From positions 1-64,000 of the IMG/VR virus record IMGVR_UViG_3300048502_000089: a DNA stretch of 64,000 nt. One strand, 5' to 3'. The translations under genes were made by a program, and so were the position numbers. Below the pieces are notes generated by a model, which saw only the letters and a list, made by a program, of their open reading frames with translations, ran no database searches and had not been told where the DNA came from. This document shows positions 7,994 through 16,860 of the stretch, piece after piece. The stretch's first letter is position 1, and each line of letters begins with the position of its first letter. This DNA comes from a virus. Lineage: Duplodnaviria > Caudoviricetes.

Positions 7994-8664
7994 CCGATCA
8001 CACGCAGGAATGTACGGATTACCGGGAGGCATTCCATAAGATCACTGGCCGCGACACTGACTGCATATGCGGCGGTGATGCTATCCCCGGCGATGCTGAG
8101 AATGATGCAATCGAAGCGGTGGCCGCAGAGATTCAATCCGCGGAGGATGCTGGGCACCTTTACGATCCATCCGCTGCACCGCCTGGCATGGTCACGCTCT
8201 ACTGCGAGCTAGGAAAGCATGAGTGGCAACGTGCGGCGAAGCGAGGTAGAAAGCCGACTAACTGCCCGGACCACCAACCGGAGCCCGCACACGCCATCAC
8301 AGCGCGTCTAGCGGACCCTCCCCAGCTATGGTGCGCGCTAGGTCAACATCATTGGACGCGCGAGCTGACCCGCGGTAGAGCGCCGGCAAACTGTCCCGAG
8401 CATCGTCCGGTCGCGGCCAAGGTATCGAGCGAGGATGGTCGAAGCTCTGCGCGCATCGCAGGGATCCAAGCGATGATCGACGCGCGACCACCTGACTGCA
8501 CATGCAGGATTGAAGCGATGATGAGCGACGATGAGCTACAGAAAGTCGAATCGTGCAAACTTGGGTACGTGTGCTCTACCCTCGACAAAGTAAGACGCCA
8601 TTACGTGAACTACGGCCGGCATACCGGCGAGTCAACTAAGGAATTGGAGGTAATCGAAGCATGA
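7990..8664 (+). CDS. Tandem zinc-finger-like protein (224 aa)
   Basis: Two copies of C-x4-H-x14-C-x2-H (LYCELGKHEW...NCPDH; LWCALGQHHW...NCPEH). Confidence 0.75.
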   Translation: MTDHTQECTDYREAFHKITGRDTDCICGGDAIPGDAENDAIEAVAAEIQSAEDAGHLYDPSAAPPGMVTLYCELGKHEWQRAAKRGRKPTNCPDHQPEPAHAITARLADPPQLWCALGQHHWTRELTRGRAPANCPEHRPVAAKVSSEDGRSSARIAGIQAMIDARPPDCTCRIEAMMSDDELQKVESCKLGYVCSTLDKVRRHYVNYGRHTGESTKELEVIEA

Positions 8665-8834
8665 CCATTGACGAGCTAATTGCCATAGCAGCCGGCGCGC
8701 GGGAGGTATCGCCGCTAGGTGGGCGCACGGTCGTCTGTCTCTGTGAGTATGAGCGCGAATATGAAGAAATCACTCGCGCTACGCTTGACACTGGCAGCGA
8801 TAGTGCGGTGTTTCTAGTGTGCGTGGACGATTGA
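8661..8834 (+). CDS. Small hypothetical protein (57 aa; not in ORF track)
   Basis: GGAGG SD, ATGA overlap. Confidence 0.6.
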   Translation: MTIDELIAIAAGAREVSPLGGRTVVCLCEYEREYEEITRATLDTGSDSAVFLVCVDD

Positions 8835-8844
8835 GGCAAAGCTA

Positions 8845-8970
8845 GTGGATGCGATGCTCGTCCATGCACACACGTCTACCGAGCTGCATCAGATGGTAGA
8901 AAACGCCGTGGGGTGGATCGAGGCACATCAGAGCGCAGACCACTACTACACAGAGGAGGTAGACCGTTAG
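8845..8970 (+). CDS. Small hypothetical protein (41 aa), or frameshifted tail of the 8661 gene
   Basis: GAGG 8 nt upstream of GTG; reads as protein-like sequence (VDAMLVHAHTSTELHQMVENAVGWIE...). Confidence 0.4.
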   Translation: MDAMLVHAHTSTELHQMVENAVGWIEAHQSADHYYTEEVDR

Positions 8971-8990
8971 CAGCGATAAATGACTGCTTG
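8967..8990. promoter_or_regulatory. Degenerate operator-like palindrome
   Basis: TTAGCAG cgataaatga CTGCTtg, at the boundary between the two early gene blocks. Confidence 0.55.
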
Positions 8991-9051
8991 CAACCCAAGA
9001 GCAAAGAAGCTATCATCCCAAGTTCCGCGAAAGATTGGAGGCGATGCCCCG

Positions 9052-9471
9052 ATGACAAACGAGATACTGAAGATCACCTACGCAGGCAAGCCCGTGAAGG
9101 TCGATGTCGCGAAGATCACCGAGCAGTTGGTAGGTGGTGGTGAACTGCAATTGCCGGCGCTCGATGACGATGCCGAATATCCTGGGCTCAGCGCAGAGAG
9201 GTTATTCAGGGATGCTGAGCAGCTCGGCATCCTGATCGCGCCAGAAGGCATCGACATCGAATGCTACGGCGACAACGACAGTGACGGTGGTGGATTCATC
9301 CTGGCCGCTTATCCCAAAGAGGGATTGCGTCGTGGAGTGACGTGCGGATGGCGCGACGTGGACAACATCACCCGCAGGGATAATGATGACCGTACAGACC
9401 ATGAGCTAGTCATAAATGCGATCTGCTTCTTTGCGCGCGAGTTGAACGCAGCGCTCGGTGAGTGGATATGA
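9052..9471 (+). CDS. Hypothetical protein (139 aa)
   Basis: GGAGG upstream of ATG 9052. Confidence 0.75.
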   Translation: MTNEILKITYAGKPVKVDVAKITEQLVGGGELQLPALDDDAEYPGLSAERLFRDAEQLGILIAPEGIDIECYGDNDSDGGGFILAAYPKEGLRRGVTCGWRDVDNITRRDNDDRTDHELVINAICFFARELNAALGEWI

Positions 9472-9659
9472 CGAATCAGCGTCAGAGGCTCACCGAGAAG
9501 CGTCCACCACTGTCGCGTCACATCGCGCAAGTGGATCTATTCCTGGCCGGCGTAACTACTGAGCTACGACTCACACAGCCGGTCATCCATACGGTCAAGA
9601 CGGTCTACGGCACCGCGGCGCAGGATATGGTGAGCGGGCGATGGCTGGCTGGTGGGTGA
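9468..9659 (+). CDS. Hypothetical protein (63 aa)
   Basis: ATGA overlap. Confidence 0.6.
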   Translation: MTNQRQRLTEKRPPLSRHIAQVDLFLAGVTTELRLTQPVIHTVKTVYGTAAQDMVSGRWLAGG

Positions 9660-9877
9660 TGAGTAAACACACGATTCTCTACCCAAATGAGAAGCCAAGC
9701 AATGACAAGTTTCTTACTTCTCGGCATAGTTTGGAGGAACTTGAATCGCTTGTCGAGAAGATGTACCCAGGGACTTTTGCGATCCCTCCTGTCCATATCA
9801 ACCGACGCACCGGAGTACGCACTTGGTCTCTCTACCGAATACTTCCAGACAAGGAGGTAACAGAAACAGATGACTGA
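9659..9877 (+). CDS. Hypothetical protein (72 aa)
   Basis: TGATG overlap. Confidence 0.65.
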   Translation: MSKHTILYPNEKPSNDKFLTSRHSLEELESLVEKMYPGTFAIPPVHINRRTGVRTWSLYRILPDKEVTETDD

Positions 9878-10538
9878 CACATTGATCGCTTACCACGGCG
9901 ACACGAAGTTGAAGAAGAAGATCATGGCACAGATCCGAGCACACCGCAAAGCCGACGAAATCGTGCAAGGCGCGTACTACAATCCGAACAGGAAGAACGG
10001 TACAGTCCGAGTGTGCGCTGTCGGCTGTGTGCTACACGACCCGAACGGTGGCCATGTCGCCTACGAAACCGAGTTCGGAATCCCTGTGCAACTCGCATAT
10101 CTTGAGGATTCAATCTTTGAGTCTCTGCCGCTCGACGTAGCGAAGGAATGGCCTGCTCGGTTTATGGGTGCGATTCGTCCAGGTGCGAATCTATCGCGTG
10201 TGTGGCCCGAGTTCGCTATCTGGCTAATGATCGACCCCGAATGGGGGTCCGTCAACGTCGCCGAAGCCGAAGACATAAAGGAAGCTTGTCGGAAAGTAGC
10301 CGATGGTTACGCACGCCTAGAGACGATTACGGGCTCCGAAGTACGAGCGATCAATCAGGCTGCGTGGTCTGCGGTGACTGCGCGGGCTGCGTGGTCTGCG
10401 CGGGATTCGTGGTCTGCGTATGGTGCGGTGAATGCGTTGGTTGATGTGCGGCACCATCGGAGAACGTGGACTGAGCAGGGTGCGTTCGTCGCCGCATCCG
10501 CAGACAAACTCATCGAACTACTAGAGGCGTGCAAGTAA
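9870..10538 (+). CDS. Hypothetical phage protein with short AAWSA repeats (222 aa)
   Basis: AAGGAGG SD; CAVGC motif; (GCTG)CGTGGTCTGCG repeated three times near 10358-10418. Confidence 0.8.
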   Translation: MTDTLIAYHGDTKLKKKIMAQIRAHRKADEIVQGAYYNPNRKNGTVRVCAVGCVLHDPNGGHVAYETEFGIPVQLAYLEDSIFESLPLDVAKEWPARFMGAIRPGANLSRVWPEFAIWLMIDPEWGSVNVAEAEDIKEACRKVADGYARLETITGSEVRAINQAAWSAVTARAAWSARDSWSAYGAVNALVDVRHHRRTWTEQGAFVAASADKLIELLEACK

Positions 10539-10891
10539 TGGCCGATGAGAAAATCACAACAGAAAATCGTCACCAACCGCAGACGATCACGCAGCTCTGT
10601 GAGCGGCTGAGAGAGGATGGTTGGGCAGAGATCGCGGATGCGATTGCTGATGGCCGAATCGATGAGCTGTCGCACTTTCAGACGGTGATTATCGATACCG
10701 CGGTCTATGGCTTTGGCGTGCTAGTCGAAGGCGAGCGCGTGGACCCATTGGGAGTCAAGATTCTCGCCTACAGCAAACGCGATGACAGTGACACGCTCCC
10801 GGTCCCTAAACGACGTGACCCAATACCACCTTCCCGCGAGGAAACACTCCGAGAAGGCATCATACGAATCGAAGGCGAGCAACCGTCGTGA
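10538..10891 (+). CDS. Hypothetical protein (117 aa)
   Basis: TAATG overlap. Confidence 0.7.
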   Translation: MADEKITTENRHQPQTITQLCERLREDGWAEIADAIADGRIDELSHFQTVIIDTAVYGFGVLVEGERVDPLGVKILAYSKRDDSDTLPVPKRRDPIPPSREETLREGIIRIEGEQPS

Positions 10892-11112
10892 AACGACCGT
10901 GGAGACTTGAGCGCCGGCCAAAGACCTATGGTGGGATGTGGGCAATTTGTGCGACCTACTCGACTTACGAGCGCGCAGTAGAAGCTGTCAATGCTCCGCT
11001 TGGTTGGCGGTCACTATATGAGATTCAGATACCGATGTACGACTATGAGTTTCGCGTCTACCACCGATCACTCGAGCGGCTCGAACATCACGGCGGCGTG
11101 ACAAGCATATGA
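10888..11112 (+). CDS. Hypothetical protein (74 aa)
   Basis: GTGA overlap. Confidence 0.6.
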   Translation: MKRPWRLERRPKTYGGMWAICATYSTYERAVEAVNAPLGWRSLYEIQIPMYDYEFRVYHRSLERLEHHGGVTSI

Positions 11113-12152
11113 CCACAGCAGAAGTCGGCACCGAAATGCTCGACAAACTAGCCGCACTCGGAATCCCTTGCGATCTCGAGAACGTCGTCGTCGGACCACA
11201 GCTCACCCGATACGAGCTACGCCCGACGAATGGCACTCTAATGAGCAAGATCCGACGCACGGCTGATGACATCGCATTCCAACTCGGTTCTCATCCAGTA
11301 GCGGTCATCGCGCCGCTGCCAGAGCGAGCGGGATTGATCGGTGTCGAAGTCCCATCTGAGCGCCGCATCGTCAGGCTCGGTGATCTGCCGACCGCAGAAG
11401 CACCACTGACCTTCCCGCTAGGGTTCAATGTGGACGGAGATCCGATCTTCATGGATCTGGCCGCTGCACCGCATCTGCTCGTAGCCGGCGAGACCGGATC
11501 GGGAAAGTCGAGCATGATAAATGCCATGCTGTGCTCACTCCTGAGTCGCTTTGGGCTTGATGAATTGGCCCTGGTGATGATCGACCCGAAACAAGTCGAG
11601 CTAACCCCATACGACGGTGTAGCGCATCTCTTGGCGCCGGTCGCTGATACCGTCGAAACCGCGCTCGCGCGACTGACGAGCTGCGTGAAGCTGATGGATC
11701 TCCGCTACAACGTAGCTCAGACACTCGGAGTTCGATCGCTGGCTGAGCTCAATATGAAGATGGAAGAATCTGGAGACGCTCCATACCCATATGTGGTCGT
11801 GGTCGTGGACGAGCTGGCTGATCTGATGATGACGAGCAAGAAGGAATGCGAGAGCTTGATCGTGCGGCTTGCACAGAAGGCTCGAGCGGTAGGGATTCAT
11901 CTAGTGCTCGCCACACAAGCCCCGCAAGTCGCCGTATGCAGTGGAGTAGTAAAGGCAAATCTCCCATCACGTCTCTGTTTCTCGGTGTCATCGATGAGCG
12001 ATAGCCGCGTGGTGCTGGATAGGAATGGAGCCGAGAAGTTACTCGGCCGCGGCGACGGACTGGTGTCAATGAATGGCGCAAGGCCAGTGAGATTCCAGGG
12101 TGCGTACATCGACAGTGATGAGATCAAATCAATCTGCGACAGATGGAGGTGA
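11109..12152 (+). CDS. ftsK: FtsK/SpoIIIE-family DNA translocase motor domain (no TM region, no gamma domain)
   Basis: PHLLVAGETGSGKS (Walker A), IDPKQVEL, VVVVDELADLMM (Walker B), RLAQKARAVGIHLVLATQ. Confidence 0.93.
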   Translation: MTTAEVGTEMLDKLAALGIPCDLENVVVGPQLTRYELRPTNGTLMSKIRRTADDIAFQLGSHPVAVIAPLPERAGLIGVEVPSERRIVRLGDLPTAEAPLTFPLGFNVDGDPIFMDLAAAPHLLVAGETGSGKSSMINAMLCSLLSRFGLDELALVMIDPKQVELTPYDGVAHLLAPVADTVETALARLTSCVKLMDLRYNVAQTLGVRSLAELNMKMEESGDAPYPYVVVVVDELADLMMTSKKECESLIVRLAQKARAVGIHLVLATQAPQVAVCSGVVKANLPSRLCFSVSSMSDSRVVLDRNGAEKLLGRGDGLVSMNGARPVRFQGAYIDSDEIKSICDRWR

Positions 12153-12155
12153 GAG

Positions 12156-12410
12156 ATGGAGCATGACACGGCGTATCCAGAAGTAGGGTCAGTGTGGGAA
12201 CGTACAGTTGCTTATGAGACCGGCGACGGGCAGAAATTCCCGCTACCTGAAAGTCGTTATGAGCGCTTCCGTGTCGAAGTAGTTGTGCCAGGAGATCGCC
12301 TCGGCCGAGAGATTCGTGGCATTCTTGAAATTGAGGGGAAAGTCTCTGCAACGTACTCGACTACACAAGAGAATTTCTGGAGTCAATGGCAGCCGGTGCT
12401 CAAGTCTTGA
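12156..12410 (+). CDS. Hypothetical protein (84 aa)
   Basis: GGAGG SD; in operon. Confidence 0.7.
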   Translation: MEHDTAYPEVGSVWERTVAYETGDGQKFPLPESRYERFRVEVVVPGDRLGREIRGILEIEGKVSATYSTTQENFWSQWQPVLKS

Positions 12411-12502
12411 GGAAACGCATTCAGAACCCAATCTCAGGCCGCATCCATGAAATTGAAACTGGAGATAAGACAATCGAAGTGAGTCAGAATGGAGGTAACA
12501 AA

Positions 12503-12727
12503 GTGGAACCAGAAAGACCTACCCCACTAGCAATGCAGAGTTCATTCACAATCCTCGAGCGCCGGCAGACACTTATTGCGATCGCTGATGAAGTGGGCAT
12601 CACGACCGTCTTTGTCGCTATAGCGATTGGCCTTAGCCAAGCTGCAGGAGCTACCCATGCGCCACTTTGGGCAATTCTCCTAGCTGGTGGCCTCGGCGTT
12701 CTCACAGGGAAGCCGACCAAGAAATGA
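12503..12727 (+). CDS. Small two-TM membrane protein
   Basis: GGAGG then GTG at 12503; two hydrophobic stretches. Confidence 0.65.
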   Translation: MEPERPTPLAMQSSFTILERRQTLIAIADEVGITTVFVAIAIGLSQAAGATHAPLWAILLAGGLGVLTGKPTKK

Positions 12728-12933
12728 GCATCGTAATTGGATGCACATACTCCGATTGCGGTGAGGAAGCCCTGATTGGCATTGAAGGCTATTGGTCGCC
12801 GGCAAAGCCGCTGGATGGCAGCAATGCAGCGATCCTAATCGAGCTGCCAGAAGACTGGACGATCGGATACGTCGGGCACGATTCAGTAATCCGCTGCCCG
12901 TACCATTCTCTACGTGCGCTCGCAGGTTCATAA
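12724..12933 (+). CDS. Small Cys/His protein (69 aa)
   Basis: ATGA overlap; CTYSDC...CPYH. Confidence 0.65.
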   Translation: MSIVIGCTYSDCGEEALIGIEGYWSPAKPLDGSNAAILIELPEDWTIGYVGHDSVIRCPYHSLRALAGS

Positions 12934-13254
12934 ATGGGCGATAGCTACGAGGTCTACATCGATGTCGTCCATCATCACAAGCACGATGATGGCGAGGGAA
13001 GGAAACTCTCCCGATGCTGGAGATACGCCAACACCGGCGACCCTGAGCAGATGGTCGCAAATGCGCTCCGTGAGTTCGCCGCCGAGCTGCGTCCAGAAGA
13101 AGGAGATATGCGCAGTGACTTCAGCATCTTCGAAGCGCTCGACAAGATCCGCGCAGATCACGTCATGGATAAGCTCCATCGCCGCACAGTGATCCTAACT
13201 CTCGACCGTGTAGCCACAGAGTTAGGGCTCGAGTGGTACGGAGTGCGATCATGA
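12934..13254 (+). CDS. Hypothetical protein (106 aa)
   Basis: Abuts upstream stop. Confidence 0.7.
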   Translation: MGDSYEVYIDVVHHHKHDDGEGRKLSRCWRYANTGDPEQMVANALREFAAELRPEEGDMRSDFSIFEALDKIRADHVMDKLHRRTVILTLDRVATELGLEWYGVRS

Positions 13255-13330
13255 GTCGCTTGGATGAAGGAAAGTTCATGACTTCGATGAACAATGCTCC
13301 GGCCAAATTCCCTGTGGGAGATTTTTGGGC

Positions 13331-14392
13331 ATGAGAAAAGCCACAGGCACGATTTTCCTACGTGAAGGCACTCGCGGAAGCGTGTGGTACATGCGTCTGC
13401 ATCTACGGGATGGTTCAAGGACGAAGCGACGTATTGGTGATCTCGAGGATTTCACACGCGAACAGGCCCAAGAGAAGCTGGAAGAAGCACTGAAGAGGTT
13501 GAATGCTCCTGTAAGCCAAGACCCTACTTTCTCCGTGGCTGCCCAGGAGTATCTCGATTACTGTGAGGATCGACTGAGGCAGACGACGATGCGGACCTAC
13601 CGCGGGATCGTCAGGTATTTCGACGCTACCTACGGCGCCTTCACTCTTTCTGATCTCGCAGAAAGAAGCGAGCAATACTATCATTTTGATGATCTTGATA
13701 ATCAGCATCGTGTCGTCCTCGCCGGCATCTACGAGTTCGCGCGTCGAGTCCGCAAATATAGTGGGCCAGACCCCACGAAGAATCTCCAGCGCAAGCGCAA
13801 GATACCTCCTGCGCCGATCGAGGTCTACTCCCCAGACGAGATCATTCGCTTAGCCGAAGCTGCGCACAATTACCAAGACAGTGTGCTCTTTGTCTGTGCC
13901 GGTTTCTCCGGGCTACGTCTGAGTGAACTACGTGGCCTGTGCTGGCGTGATGTCGACTTCCTCAAGAGCTCGATCCATGTGCGCCGTGGCTACACAGATG
14001 AGAATTGCTTTGCGCCACCTAAGAGCGGGCGAGAGAGATCAGTACCGATGATCCCACAGCTTTCTTCTGTGCTCCAGCAGCTTTGGCTCCGCGACCACCA
14101 TACGGGCCTAGAGGATCTCGTCTTCTGTGACGACTTTGGTGGTGTGCTCAGCAGCTCTTTACTTTACCGCCGTTTCCAAGCTGCAGCAAAGCGAGCTGGA
14201 CTACGACGGTTGCGTTTCCATGATCTCCGTCACTCGTGTATCACAATGATGGTACAAATCTTCCCACTGTCCGACGTGCAAGTGTACGCTGGCCATGCGA
14301 ACATCCAAACTACTATGAAGTACGTCCACTTCCTGCCTCACACGGATGCGGCCGAGAAGCTAGGTAGGTTGGTGAGCGGTGAAAATCACTAA
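13331..14392 (+). CDS. int: Tyrosine recombinase / phage integrase
   Basis: SGLRLSEL (R), PPKSG (K), FHDLRHS (HxxR), AGHANIQTTMKY (H, Y); N-terminal arm-binding-like domain. Confidence 0.93.
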   Translation: MRKATGTIFLREGTRGSVWYMRLHLRDGSRTKRRIGDLEDFTREQAQEKLEEALKRLNAPVSQDPTFSVAAQEYLDYCEDRLRQTTMRTYRGIVRYFDATYGAFTLSDLAERSEQYYHFDDLDNQHRVVLAGIYEFARRVRKYSGPDPTKNLQRKRKIPPAPIEVYSPDEIIRLAEAAHNYQDSVLFVCAGFSGLRLSELRGLCWRDVDFLKSSIHVRRGYTDENCFAPPKSGRERSVPMIPQLSSVLQQLWLRDHHTGLEDLVFCDDFGGVLSSSLLYRRFQAAAKRAGLRRLRFHDLRHSCITMMVQIFPLSDVQVYAGHANIQTTMKYVHFLPHTDAAEKLGRLVSGENH

Positions 14393-14795
14393 GGCCGTCC
14401 TCGCAGACATCATCGACCACGCTCAGAGCGACGCGCCTAATGAGTGCTGCGGGATTCTCGCAGTCGATAATTGGATCTTGTCACGCGCCTATCGTGCAAC
14501 TAACGTCGCTGACCGACCAAGGCATGACTACCGGATCTCAGCAGTAGAGCAGTATCAGATTTCATGTGAGATTCACCGAGAAGGATTCAACAGACTCCAA
14601 GTTGTCTACCATTCACATCCTACGACCGGCACTGAGCCATCGCAGTTAGATTCTCTTGCTCTGAACATGACAGACGCCACTCTCCAGGTCATCATCAGCC
14701 TTGCCGGTGGAATGCCAGAGGTACGAGCGTACGGGCAACGGCATGGATTCTTTGGCGATATAAACGAAATCGATCTTGTGGTCATCAATGATTAG
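14379..14795 (+). CDS. JAB/MPN (M67, Mec-like) zinc metallopeptidase
   Basis: PNECCGIL (catalytic E) and YHSHP-x5-PS-x2-D JAMM motif. Confidence 0.88.
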   Translation: MKITKAVLADIIDHAQSDAPNECCGILAVDNWILSRAYRATNVADRPRHDYRISAVEQYQISCEIHREGFNRLQVVYHSHPTTGTEPSQLDSLALNMTDATLQVIISLAGGMPEVRAYGQRHGFFGDINEIDLVVIND

Positions 14796-14815
14796 CAGTC
14801 ATGAATCTCTGCTAA
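14792..14815. promoter_or_regulatory. Perfect operator-like palindrome directly upstream of the HTH gene
   Basis: TTAGCAG tcatgaatct CTGCTAA, 1 nt before ATG 14817. Confidence 0.8.
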
Positions 14816-14816
14816 C

Positions 14817-15158
14817 ATGCGCCTCTATGAGAGACGGCCCATGACAAATCAAAGCCCAGTATCGCTGGGCGAATCGATCATGATGCTCGTTGAGCGCGCA
14901 GCTCGGCGCCGGCAAGCCCTCGATGAAGTCACCAAGATCCAACAAGACGCGCTCGAGCACCATGCTACGGAACGAGCTCGCGCAAAGGCACTCCACCAAG
15001 CTGCCAACCGAGAGTTGATAGATGCTGTTGACACAGCTAAGACGAGTGGGATGACTTTGGTTGACATTGCCAAAACAGTCGGGTTGAGTCCACCCGCATT
15101 AGTGAAACTTACTAGAACAGTCAAAGAGTGGGGAACCACTCAGAATGGAGGTATGTAA
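14817..15158 (+). CDS. Coiled-coil plus C-terminal HTH DNA-binding protein (repressor candidate)
   Basis: GMTLVDIAKTVGLSPPALVKL HTH pattern; alternative start 14841. Confidence 0.7.
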   Translation: MRLYERRPMTNQSPVSLGESIMMLVERAARRRQALDEVTKIQQDALEHHATERARAKALHQAANRELIDAVDTAKTSGMTLVDIAKTVGLSPPALVKLTRTVKEWGTTQNGGM

Positions 15159-15629
15159 ATGGGCCAACCACGTAGGCCACAAGGACGACTTTCAAGTACA
15201 CCAATTGGAGCACCGCCACCAACTGCGGGAGCTGTCGATCTGAATGCAATGAAGGTATTGCCCAAGATACAAGGGGACCAGCTATTTCAAGGGCAGATGG
15301 CTCAAGCGAATCTCATCTGTGAGTGTGGAGAGCGTATGCGGGATGAGGCATACATCATCATCGTGCGCCGCGAGAAGATGACACCGACCCCAGAAGGCAT
15401 GGGACCAGGACTCGGCCAATCAATCGTCCACTCGATCACTGATTGCGAGAAATTTGAGACCATCAGAAACGATCCACAGACCGTCATCATCTGCTGGCGC
15501 AAACAGAAGACAGAGCCAATTGTCTGGGCCGATGAGTATTGGGGACCGCCGATTACCGACGAAGAGCTCGACGCCGATAAGCTACTAGCAGAATCAGACG
15601 CAATTGCCAACGAATTAGAGGAGGTATAA
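15159..15629 (+). CDS. Hypothetical protein (156 aa)
   Basis: GGAGG SD; CECG motif. Confidence 0.75.
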   Translation: MGQPRRPQGRLSSTPIGAPPPTAGAVDLNAMKVLPKIQGDQLFQGQMAQANLICECGERMRDEAYIIIVRREKMTPTPEGMGPGLGQSIVHSITDCEKFETIRNDPQTVIICWRKQKTEPIVWADEYWGPPITDEELDADKLLAESDAIANELEEV

Positions 15630-15842
15630 ATGCCAGACATTACCCACATCGATGCAAGCGAAGAGATCCTCTACACGGGGTTCCTGTGGCAGATTGGCGA
15701 GACCCCGGATGGCCAGCATGTATTGACCTTCAAAGTCAATGGGAACAAAGAGGTGGGCTTTGCTATGTCGAGCGAAACGCGCGAGAAAATCGGTAAGGCA
15801 CTAACAGCTCCTCGAGTAATCACTCCGAATGGAGATCACTGA
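15630..15842 (+). CDS. Hypothetical protein (70 aa)
   Basis: GGAGG SD. Confidence 0.75.
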   Translation: MPDITHIDASEEILYTGFLWQIGETPDGQHVLTFKVNGNKEVGFAMSSETREKIGKALTAPRVITPNGDH

Positions 15843-16015
15843 TGCCACTCATCAACCGCAACCCACGGATCACCAACTCCGACATCAAAGCTGCAGCCGA
15901 GACAATCGCTAACGCTGCTGTCGGTTCTCATCCTGATGATCTATGGGGAGAAGTCAGTGCTGAAGCTGAAGATCAAATCCGTGATCTCCTAAAACGAGCC
16001 GGGTGGTCTGGTTGA
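15842..16015 (+). CDS. Hypothetical protein (57 aa; not in ORF track)
   Basis: TGATG overlap, GGAG SD. Confidence 0.6.
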   Translation: MPLINRNPRITNSDIKAAAETIANAAVGSHPDDLWGEVSAEAEDQIRDLLKRAGWSG

Positions 16016-16017
16016 CA

Positions 16018-16191
16018 ATGCCGAGCCATGAAGATGATCTTCGTACCATCGCCAGGATCGAGCGCCAGTACCTCGAGCCGCCCGACGACGAGCGCGACGA
16101 CGCGATGACTGCCTGCACCAAGCCGGGCCGCTACGGTTGTGGCAACTGCGACGCTTGCGAGTATTGGGCCGACCGGCAAGCCGACCTATGA
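16018..16191 (+). CDS. Small Cys-rich protein (57 aa)
   Basis: C-x6-CGNCDAC motif. Confidence 0.6.
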   Translation: MPSHEDDLRTIARIERQYLEPPDDERDDAMTACTKPGRYGCGNCDACEYWADRQADL

Positions 16192-16473
16192 ATGGCCATG
16201 ACTGTGCGTAAAGATCCACCGTTATCTCTATGGCTATGCCAACGACGTGGGCTACCACTAGCTGGTTGTGTAAGCGCGATGATCATCGGCGCCCCCAGTG
16301 AAGCACATGCGAGAGTATTTGCAGCAGAACGCGATGGTGATATGTCGTGGGGCGATGACGGGTTTACGACGTGTACGCAAATCGTGCTAGATGCAGATGT
16401 GTTGCACACGTTATATTGCCCGAAATCGAAGACAAGAACGAGCCAGAGAAAGACAAACGGCGATGCCTCGTGA
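16192..16473 (+). CDS. Hypothetical protein (93 aa)
   Basis: Abuts upstream stop. Confidence 0.65.
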   Translation: MAMTVRKDPPLSLWLCQRRGLPLAGCVSAMIIGAPSEAHARVFAAERDGDMSWGDDGFTTCTQIVLDADVLHTLYCPKSKTRTSQRKTNGDAS

Positions 16474-16548
16474 GCACCGCCGCTGTCTGATTCCATCCAC
16501 AGGCCAGAAAGGTCTGGCAGCGGCCATCATAGCGCCCAGATGGGCACT

Positions 16549-16577
16549 TGGACAAGTGCCTTGCAATCGGCTAAACT
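16549..16577 (+). promoter_or_regulatory. Putative sigma70-type promoter
   Basis: TGGACA-N17-TAAACT upstream of the 16630 gene pair. Confidence 0.5.
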
Positions 16578-16629
16578 GCGCCTCGATCCCCGCGCACCCG
16601 CGCGAACCACAGACTAGAAGGAGCCAATC

Positions 16630-16860
16630 ATGGCATCAGGAGTCCGCATCACCATCGTCGCATACCCGCCAACTGGCGAGAACCCCGAGTATTACGACAC
16701 GACCACGTTCTCATCTGTGGCGAATGCCATCGCCGGCATCGCCAACGGATTCCTCAGCTTCACGCCTTATGCCGAGGAAGCCGGCGAGATCGGTGAGTCA
16801 ACTGAGACGACCGCTATCGCTGTCAGTGCGATCAAGGCCATCGTCGCAGCGACCTTCTAA
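16630..16860 (+). CDS. Hypothetical protein (76 aa), possibly virion-associated
   Basis: Strong AGAAGGAG SD. Confidence 0.75.
   Translation: MASGVRITIVAYPPTGENPEYYDTTTFSSVANAIAGIANGFLSFTPYAEEAGEIGESTETTAIAVSAIKAIVAATF

Noticed and set aside
13255-13330. Possible attP upstream of the integrase (TTCAT-N7-ATGAA and an imperfect CCAAA/TTTGG inverted repeat)
   Set aside because: Weak repeats and no tRNA-3'-end-like core; cannot be supported without the host genome
14379-14795. JAB gene as part of a CBASS or Bil defence operon
   Set aside because: No CD-NTase, E1/E2 or Ubl gene nearby; kept only as a stand-alone gene
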